From a virus (lineage: Duplodnaviria; Caudoviricetes), in the IMG/VR virus record IMGVR_UViG_3300026125_000015, positions 1-31,551 of that record: DNA of 31,551 nt; one strand, 5' to 3'. Positions 26,301-31,551 of this stretch are shown piece by piece (positions within the stretch are counted from its first letter, which is position 1; each line of letters opens with the position of its first letter). Made by a program: the position numbers and the translations under genes. Below the pieces are notes generated by a model. That model was not told where the DNA came from. It did no database searches and saw only the letters and a program-made list of their open reading frames with translations.

Positions 26301-27742
26301 CCGTTGTCAACTTGTTGACACGCATATCGGATTGATTTCCACGGTTTGTCAATTGTACGTCCGTATGCTGGAGCAAGTTTATCAGCACCGTGTGTAGCAA
26401 CATAATAAACATCGTCAGCTACACCTAAGTACGCCCATTCCGGAACAGAATCAGAACTTACTTTTAGTACCTGACCTTCTTCACCGATAGGTAATCTAGT
26501 AGGACCTGCGCCTGCATAGTAAACCATATCACCTTTTGTAGTTAAGACGTTTGTTTCTGCACCTATAGTAAGAATATTCCAGTAGGTACCAGTAATATCT
26601 TGATCAGGACGAGAATTTGCTGCGCCACTAACTTGTGGAATTTGAGTAGAACCGTCGTCTTGTTCTGACAAGTGGCCTAATACACAAATATATGCGTTAT
26701 TGTTAAATCTTACAATGTCGCCTAATACATATTCTTGATCGTCGGCCCAATCTGCTCTCCAACGTAAGCCACTATTTAATCTTGTCCAGTAAGCTGTTTC
26801 TGTCGGAGCTTGATCTTGATGATCCTGGATACATAGGTATGTATAACCACCGTAACGTACAACTTCGCCTACACGATAATCTTGTAGTGTTGAATCTTCT
26901 TGCCAGTCGCCTAAGAAGCGCATACCTTGTGTAAACACTTCCCAATCAGCAGTTTCAGTAAATGGGTTCTTTTCTGAATTGTTTGTTTTAGCAATGTATT
27001 GATTACCGCCGTAACGTACAATGTCACCTGGTTGGTAAACTCTGTATGTTTCCCAGTCTGATTCGAATTGGAACCCTCTAACAAATTGCTCCCAGTTTAC
27101 TTCGTCATCGCTAAACAAACTAGTAGCAGTATGAGCACCTGTACAAATCCATAGTGCAGCACCATACTGTACAACATCGTTAACTTTATAACGCTCGCCA
27201 ACTGTCCATGTTTGCTTATATTCTATACCTTGGTTGAATATATCCCACTTTGCTTGGTCAAGTTCTAGACCATCTGAATCAGTTGCAGCTGATGTATGCG
27301 GAGTATTACATACGTATGTTGTGCCGCCGTATTTTACAATATCGTTAGCTTTGTAGTAAGTGTCAACATTCCAGTTGCCTTTCCAGTCTAAGCCTTCAGC
27401 AAATAAGTCCCAATTTGCTTGATCGTTTTCTAATAGTGATGAATCAGATGTATGTACTGCATTAGCAATGTAAAGTCTTGCACCGTAAGATACAATATCA
27501 CCGTATACATAACCTGTATCAGGAGTCCATGATCCTTTCCAAGTCTGACCGTCACTTACTAAGTTCCACTTAGGTGGAACAACTTCAAAGTCTGTGAAGA
27601 AGTCTGCTGCTGCTGTATGTCCGATTACACAGATATAGATTCTGCCGCCAAATCTTACCACGTCATCTTTGTAATAAGAAGTGCCTGTACTCCATGCATC
27701 TTTCCATACAAATCTAATTCTACCAAGTTTAAATTCTGCCAT
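20321..27742 (-). CDS. Giant multidomain virion structural protein (2473 aa)
   Basis: N-terminal W..G..Y...D+V.YGG..Y.C...H repeats (CBM5/12-like); helical KC.RD...+.DA...D repeats; SPYVQNCT/SMVSNDFTQV beta-helix-like region; Asp-box S.DG.NW repeats; C-terminal SQVRLTGHDFLDIGTG...TDQDGNFRVG. GGAG RBS. Confidence 0.88.
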   Translation of the reverse strand: MAEFKLGRIRFVWKDAWSTGTSYYKDDVVRFGGRIYICVIGHTAAADFFTDFEVVPPKWNLVSDGQTWKGSWTPDTGYVYGDIVSYGARLYIANAVHTSDSSLLENDQANWDLFAEGLDWKGNWNVDTYYKANDIVKYGGTTYVCNTPHTSAATDSDGLELDQAKWDIFNQGIEYKQTWTVGERYKVNDVVQYGAALWICTGAHTATSLFSDDEVNWEQFVRGFQFESDWETYRVYQPGDIVRYGGNQYIAKTNNSEKNPFTETADWEVFTQGMRFLGDWQEDSTLQDYRVGEVVRYGGYTYLCIQDHQDQAPTETAYWTRLNSGLRWRADWADDQEYVLGDIVRFNNNAYICVLGHLSEQDDGSTQIPQVSGAANSRPDQDITGTYWNILTIGAETNVLTTKGDMVYYAGAGPTRLPIGEEGQVLKVSSDSVPEWAYLGVADDVYYVATHGADKLAPAYGRTIDKPWKSIRYACQQVDNGVKNPNARRLLENNRLFIQREIVEFVDAQIAGNIAPFSTGMDYDSAKCGRDMGLIIDAVIWDITHGGNVRTREAALKYANDAAQVYVKDQDEETVAAINYGLTVIQDVLNQEVPDVNYQVANGDNSTAIIDQWFDSSITSEAGVYAEIVSLVKPITDTITAGDDSAIPGRIIRNVLIKVSTGKYQEVLPIIVPAETCVIGDELRSVTVAPRRPTGTLPSKISRNDYTYQLEGSLTAKKDTPFSMKALERVESIIGDIVKGVSVTPTAGNTELQTSSWPVAQDEEAEATQRLARMIRTRIDWGVGENFDAIKSLALAEDLAASENGYHRNLLIANRDFIKEEIIGYIADQYPTLKYSRTRCRADVGHIIDALAYDLTYGGNWASHTAGSAYFSGAAVNNGGNLVTNGDFTAATDWTFSLDSNEDPTWEITGGAGVKITGAAGSISQTIVTAPGESYTIEFDAIRTAGTLTVDATNVGSADSLATAVEITASGSYTYTFIAEKSITRIRFSGDAAFEGSIDDVNADSPQKVATLAAYAHLKEIVQTIGRDITVTPTYGTGTQISGTSGNASSATVVADLMDDIITLVDGATVNITYPSLTGISAGLQADIDTIDALTAQLVAIDVPAFISTNFPNLTYDTAKCTRDIVLLLDATKYDFALGTTFASHIAAHAYLRRTSNKVTGDQKAATLATNEYIRQLLRAQVSEASAQAQVDATFGLTNDIIFGGSNEGSNTQVADFDNYAAVRMLELNKTFIAKEAMAFVDEYFKDEVTATTSTTSSITITSTAWLSQNMEIIFTGDTPIGSLAADTVYYVKDILSATEFTISSTIGGAALTQADDTGTMTVESNYNYNTALCERDLNAIVDGMKWDMVWAPNYRREYTNGVKLIVPANYKSKLAARYYINSVVGSQEEDFYYLRNGTGLRLQTMEGLYGDLTPASANGTSRPTAGAYASLDPGWGPDDERVWITARSPYVQNCTTFGYGAVGQKIDGSLHNGGNDSMVSNDFTQVISDGIGAWLTQNGRAEMVSVFTYYSHIGYLCETGGRARATNGNNSYGTFGSVAEGVDPDETPVTAIVDNRTQYNATVGNVVTDQSALLNFEFTHAGNNYTEVDFGVFGAGVDEEIIGDEFRDGAVFQVRIIDDQEVDDAGGDGYLLVSNTAQEGTTTQITLAATDGNLSSAYPGMKIVITGGAGAGQYGIIDTYDAGTKIATVLDDQGNAGWDHFVKGTSILAPNSTSTYQIEPAVSFSAPATSTTTGVIGQNDYNDVLYFETSAQYTGVTIWQGGTGADATFDVDRIGEKYYVSINNAGTGYARLDELILLGTDVGGWEPANNITITVTTVGDNGEIVDFDFTGIGLKGLFIAPSATNVAATSLNGVDWATTTLPAGSYTTLASGLINDGSSLFKTSRVLVAGTNNSNVAYSDDGANWNTYALPGGLTTTGTMSIAFNYLGAGVNRFVLINSADTDVVYSDDGGQNWTLTSAALPNTGYNCMTSGKGKWVALRSGTNETAYSDDGITWFATTNLPATNDWVDIAWGNGRFVAIAATGTAGAYSLDGINWTAMTVPNPFGNYVQIAYGQGVFAAASDTAGGLISYSEDGINWSTINLAGFTGTGSGPIAFGNPDRVGKFVSIGASSATSEVADIRLGARARGRVSVANEKVFNIRINEPGSGYDANNPPTMTITDPNNTADVVFTVRVGDGSLATPTFVNRGTGFLSASVDVNETGSNGEADFFQDGTFIAVRRMTERPVPGSNIEFASLPGQYFKLVNVVSFLGTNDGSYTGFLQVSPKMTRGDAPLDGDAVEMRIRYSQVRLTGHDFLDIGTGGFVTTNYPNDPLIAPDQTKETFDADGGRVFFTATDQDGNFRVGDLFSIEQSTGVATLNAEAFNIAGLQELTLGEVTLGGNSASVNEFSTDPFFTANSDSVVPTQRAVKAYIEAQIGGGGATLNVNSITAGDIFIGSNIITTASGLPINITANINFTGPVTGYPVLYQYFLR

Positions 27743-27763
27743 TTGTTTTACTCCGCCGTTACA

Positions 27764-27771
27764 GTATTTAT
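27764..27771 (-). promoter_or_regulatory. Late-promoter-like motif ATAAATAC
   Basis: Intergenic, upstream of the GGAG RBS of the 2473-aa gene. Confidence 0.6.
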
Positions 27772-27793
27772 TTGTTTTACAATGCTATTAGTT

Positions 27794-30700
27794 TTATTTC
27801 ATACTTTCATCAAAGTTTCTAAAATATAACATTTGTTGTACCCAAGATCCTTGAATTCCAACATCATTTCCGAACGCATCTTGCCCTTGAATATCAACAT
27901 GATTACCAAATTGAAGTCCTGCGCCTGTATTACTTGCAATTAAGTTGTCTTCTGATCCTAAGAAGATCTGACCTGCTATAATTGCGTTAATTTCTAAGTC
28001 CGAACCACCAACACTTAGTCTATCTGCAAGGAATGTTGCAATAGCTCTTTGTGTAGGTACAACGTTGTTACTATCAGCAGCAAACGTTGGGTCTGTTGAG
28101 AATTCGTTAACAACAGCACCTGATCCACCTAATCTTACACCACCTAGTGCTAGCTCACTTAGACCATCTAAGTCAAAGAACTGAGCACTAATAGTAACAA
28201 TACCAGTTGCCTGTTGCACACTAAACAATTCCCCTGCTCTAAAGTTACCATCTTGGTCTGTACTTACATAGAAAACTCGTCCGCCTGCTGTTTCGTAAAC
28301 TTCATTTTCTGGTGCTGCTGTAAAGAAGTTTCCGCCTGCATATATTTCAGGATAGTTAGTTTCTATAAAGTTTCCTGTACCAATATCCAAGAAGTCGTGT
28401 CCTGAAATACGACATTGTGAAAAGTTTTCATTAATAATAACTTCTGAATCGTGTACTAGATCGTACTCTGTTCTAATTCTAGGCGATATTTGGAATTCAA
28501 CTAATCGTGTACCGTTACCAGTTCCGTCGTCGCCTAAATCAATAACTTTTGCTGTTCTAAAGCTCTTAAGATCGTCCGGATCGTCTGTTGCTGGTTCTGG
28601 AATAATTGAGAATAGCAACTGCGAACCTAAGTCAGGAACTTTAGGCAAACCGTAAATCTTAACTGTTGTTGATTCTGGTATAAAGTCAGCGTATCCGTCA
28701 CCTATAACAGTTACAGTTGTAGTGTTAGTACGATAGCCATTACCTCTATTAATCCAAGTAGGAGGAGCAATAACTCCGTTACCTACTCTATTCTCCCAAC
28801 CAACTGCTGCTGTATGTACATTATCAGTTACTGTGAAGATTGGAGGATTGTCTACAGAATATCCACTACCGCAATCAAGTATTTTAAATGTATTAAACGT
28901 TCCTACGCCTGTAATATCTGCACGTACTTTAGCTCTACATCCTGTTTGCACTCGAACAATTCCACCAAGTGGTTCTTCTACTGAACCTACTGTCCAATAA
29001 CCTACTCCATTTACAACACCAAATCCAAGGCCGTGCCACTGCCTGCTTACATCAAGTGCTCTGCCTGCCCAATGGAACCCGTCTTCTGACGTTGCACAGA
29101 AGTTAGTATTATAGCCATCTAAGTCGCCGCCGATCGGTTGTAGACCCGAGTCACAAATTGCAAAGAATACACCCTGAGCATATTTCATGTCTACCCAACG
29201 CATAACTGTTGAGCCGTCTGCACTTGGCATATCTTCGCCTTGAACCCAATTATCTCCGTCAAAGCTGTAAAATACTTCGCCGTCTTCGCTTACTATAACA
29301 AATCTGTTATTACCGTGTGCAAGACCTGCCCAAGTAACATTTACAATATTTAATAACGGAACAACTGCTGTAGTCCAAGTTACTGCATTTGAACTTTGTG
29401 CTACAACTCCATCGTTTGCACTTACAACAACAAACTTTCCTGCACCGTATGTAATTGCTTGCCATTGACTTGTAGTTGAGTCACCAGTTGCATCATCTGG
29501 AATGCTTGATGTTGTCCAGTTTTCACCGTCAGTTGATATTGCAACTGTATTAGAGTTTTCTGCAATTGCAACAAATTTTCCTTGTGCAAAAGTTAAGTCG
29601 ATCCAGTCTTCAATTGCAGGCAATGTGGTAGAAGTCCAAGTTACTCCGTCTAAAGAATAAGCACCTTCGTCTGTTCCTTTTGCAATTGCAACAAAACGAT
29701 TGTTTCCGCCACGTACCTTAACCCAGTCTCTAAATACAGTGTTAGGAAGTGTCGCTTCGCTCCACGATGTTGCATCATCACTATTTAAAACAAAGTTAGG
29801 TGATGCAATTGCAACCCACTTACCACTACGTCCTACACCTGTAGCAACAACTTCAAGTATACTGTTTGAACTATCGTCTGATACTTTTGATACTTTAATA
29901 GTTAAATCGTTTTCAGGTGAGTTGCCACCTAATTGTGATCCTAAAATATTAATAGTATCACCTACTGCATAGCCTAAGCCTCCGTCTACTATTGTAACAT
30001 CGTAACTTAAACCATTTTTAACAATATCAAAGAAAGCATTTGCTGGTTCTAATCCATCTTGTCCTTCAACTACTCCTGAGCCAGGCTCGCCTTCAATATT
30101 TTCAAATGTAAATGTTGTGTCACTGAATGCAATATCGATAATCAGTCTCGAATTAGGCAAGTTGTATGCAGCTGATGTAAATCCAGGATGAGAAACTTGA
30201 ATCCTCGGTTCTATACGGTATTGTGTATTAGTAGCAAGAGTAGCTTCTATAGCTGTTCCTGGAATTATATGATCCCAGCCTGCTGTGTTTGTACTATCTT
30301 TATAAACTGTAACAATCTTATTACCTTCGTCGTATGCTTGTACATATCCGAACTGTCCGGTACCTGTACCACTTACAATATATATTCTACAACCTAGTAT
30401 TTCGGCTTCAGTTGCTGTTTCACCTGCTGCAAGTTGTATTGTAGTAGCACTGCCGTCTCTTGCTTGGTTTTGTGCTACAAAGTAACCTACACCACCAGTG
30501 GATCCAGAATCTTCAGGATTTACTAGTCTAGACTGGAATAACGCACCATCTCTAAATTCTTCAAAGACTACATCTGCATCAACACCTGCACCTGTAATAG
30601 TTGCAGTTGCTTCAGTAAAGTGTTCGCCGCAATGTTCCCATTCTATTAATGAAATTTCGTCTGCAAACTGTCCAGCAAATACACTAGTTACAACAGGATC

Positions 30701-31551
30701 GTTATCTCTGTTGAATACTTTTGCTTGTATAGGTGTTTCGTTTGGATCGATACCGTCTGCAATACTACCAAAACGTCCGTAAGAGTTGTTACCGTTAGCA
30801 GCACGAATAACACCGCCTGCTTCAGCAAAGTATCCCACTTGATTGTAGTAGGTAAACACCGAAACAAGTTCTGCTCGAGCATTGTGACTGACCCAGGCGC
30901 CAATGCCATCACTTAGTACTTGTGTAAAGTCGTTTGATGTCATAGACTTTAGACCACCGTTGTGTAATCTTCCGTCAATTCTCTTACCAGTACATGCTGT
31001 TCCGATATTTGTAACACCTTGTAAGTATGGAGAACGCTGTTTAATCCATACACGTTCATCATCTGGACCCCAACCCGGATCAAGTGCAACATATGCACCT
31101 GCTGTCGGACGTTGGTAAATATCGTACACACCAGGAGGATTAAGTCTACCATTAAGACCTTCACATGTCATATTGCGCAAACCGGTAACGTCTCGTACAC
31201 GGAACATGTCTGATAAATTACTGCCGTTAACTGCGTTTGAATAGTGTTCTGCTGCTAGAAGTGTTTTGTAATTTCCTTCGTATCTTAAATCGTAACAAAA
31301 CGCTCGATACATTTCTCGCAACATGTCACTAATTCTAGTATCTGTATAAAGTTTGTTTGGATAGTTTTCAGCTGTCCATGCTTGTGCTTCTGCAACAATG
31401 TAATCTATTAATGTTTCAAGTCTTGAAGCAATACGTCTACGTTGCGCATCGGTTGTTAATGTATTTGTACTAACAATATCTAAATTAATATCGCCTGAAC
31501 GAGTTCTAAAGTCAACTTCATCTATGAATATTTGTTTAAGACCGTCAACAA
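27794..31551 (-). CDS. Giant virion structural protein, paralogue of 20321..27742; start lies outside the window
   Basis: The frame stays open upstream of 31324 to the window edge (VDGLKQIFIDEVDF...YPNKLYTDTRISDMLREMY). Shares LDPGWGPDDERVWI, SPY, SNDFTQV, NGNNSYG, GHDFLDIGTG, TDQDGNFR and Asp-box repeats with its neighbour. Confidence 0.88.
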   Translation of the reverse strand, partial: VDGLKQIFIDEVDFRTRSGDINLDIVSTNTLTTDAQRRRIASRLETLIDYIVAEAQAWTAENYPNKLYTDTRISDMLREMYRAFCYDLRYEGNYKTLLAAEHYSNAVNGSNLSDMFRVRDVTGLRNMTCEGLNGRLNPPGVYDIYQRPTAGAYVALDPGWGPDDERVWIKQRSPYLQGVTNIGTACTGKRIDGRLHNGGLKSMTSNDFTQVLSDGIGAWVSHNARAELVSVFTYYNQVGYFAEAGGVIRAANGNNSYGRFGSIADGIDPNETPIQAKVFNRDNDPVVTSVFAGQFADEISLIEWEHCGEHFTEATATITGAGVDADVVFEEFRDGALFQSRLVNPEDSGSTGGVGYFVAQNQARDGSATTIQLAAGETATEAEILGCRIYIVSGTGTGQFGYVQAYDEGNKIVTVYKDSTNTAGWDHIIPGTAIEATLATNTQYRIEPRIQVSHPGFTSAAYNLPNSRLIIDIAFSDTTFTFENIEGEPGSGVVEGQDGLEPANAFFDIVKNGLSYDVTIVDGGLGYAVGDTINILGSQLGGNSPENDLTIKVSKVSDDSSNSILEVVATGVGRSGKWVAIASPNFVLNSDDATSWSEATLPNTVFRDWVKVRGGNNRFVAIAKGTDEGAYSLDGVTWTSTTLPAIEDWIDLTFAQGKFVAIAENSNTVAISTDGENWTTSSIPDDATGDSTTSQWQAITYGAGKFVVVSANDGVVAQSSNAVTWTTAVVPLLNIVNVTWAGLAHGNNRFVIVSEDGEVFYSFDGDNWVQGEDMPSADGSTVMRWVDMKYAQGVFFAICDSGLQPIGGDLDGYNTNFCATSEDGFHWAGRALDVSRQWHGLGFGVVNGVGYWTVGSVEEPLGGIVRVQTGCRAKVRADITGVGTFNTFKILDCGSGYSVDNPPIFTVTDNVHTAAVGWENRVGNGVIAPPTWINRGNGYRTNTTTVTVIGDGYADFIPESTTVKIYGLPKVPDLGSQLLFSIIPEPATDDPDDLKSFRTAKVIDLGDDGTGNGTRLVEFQISPRIRTEYDLVHDSEVIINENFSQCRISGHDFLDIGTGNFIETNYPEIYAGGNFFTAAPENEVYETAGGRVFYVSTDQDGNFRAGELFSVQQATGIVTISAQFFDLDGLSELALGGVRLGGSGAVVNEFSTDPTFAADSNNVVPTQRAIATFLADRLSVGGSDLEINAIIAGQIFLGSEDNLIASNTGAGLQFGNHVDIQGQDAFGNDVGIQGSWVQQMLYFRNFDESMK

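Noticed and set aside
1366-31118. Many + strand ORFs (e.g. 1366..1932, 2062..2535, 20424..20789, 21984..22406)
   Set aside because: Antisense shadows of long minus-strand genes with biased codon use. They are Val/Ser/Pro-rich and lack motifs.
31322-31324. ATG at 31324 as the start of the last gene
   Set aside because: The frame is open to the window edge and the paralogue predicts much more N-terminal sequence.
1-31551. Alternative genetic code (TAG/TGA recoding) as in some jumbo phages
   Set aside because: Standard-code ORFs tile the window almost completely, and TAG and TAA both end genes at sensible domain boundaries.
1-31551. tRNA, rRNA, introns, inteins or insertion sequences
   Set aside because: Intergenic gaps are all under ~75 bp, with no cloverleaf, splice-junction, transposase or homing-endonuclease motifs recognised.

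Overview
Gene-dense fragment of a large (jumbo, T4-like/myovirus-type) bacteriophage genome in the standard genetic code. Three short + strand genes (partial Nudix hydrolase, degenerate cupin, hypothetical) meet head-on a ~30.6 kb block of - strand genes. Most of that block encodes virion/tail-fibre-type proteins: two giant paralogues, a peptidase-S74-chaperoned fibre, three proteins sharing one N-terminal anchor but with different heads, an FG-GAP propeller, an S8 subtilase and two fibres carrying amicyanin-like C-x2-H-x2-M cupredoxin motifs. Embedded in it is a tightly coupled nine-gene block of tailoring-type enzymes (13664->6935): a U32-family Fe-S protein fused to a SAM methyltransferase, a PrnA-like flavin halogenase, two 2OG-Fe(II) oxygenases, two paralogous CPG-motif proteins and a degenerate J-domain. 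Its entrance is a single 15-bp perfect inverted repeat that reads as both an intrinsic terminator and a sigma70-type promoter. A recurrent RTAAATA late-promoter-like motif precedes six structural genes. The best candidate for an undescribed system is the propeller heads + coiled-coil + small protein + U32-MTase/halogenase/oxygenase cassette, possibly chemically modifying virion proteins or making a small molecule. All family assignments come from motif recognition by eye; no searches were run.
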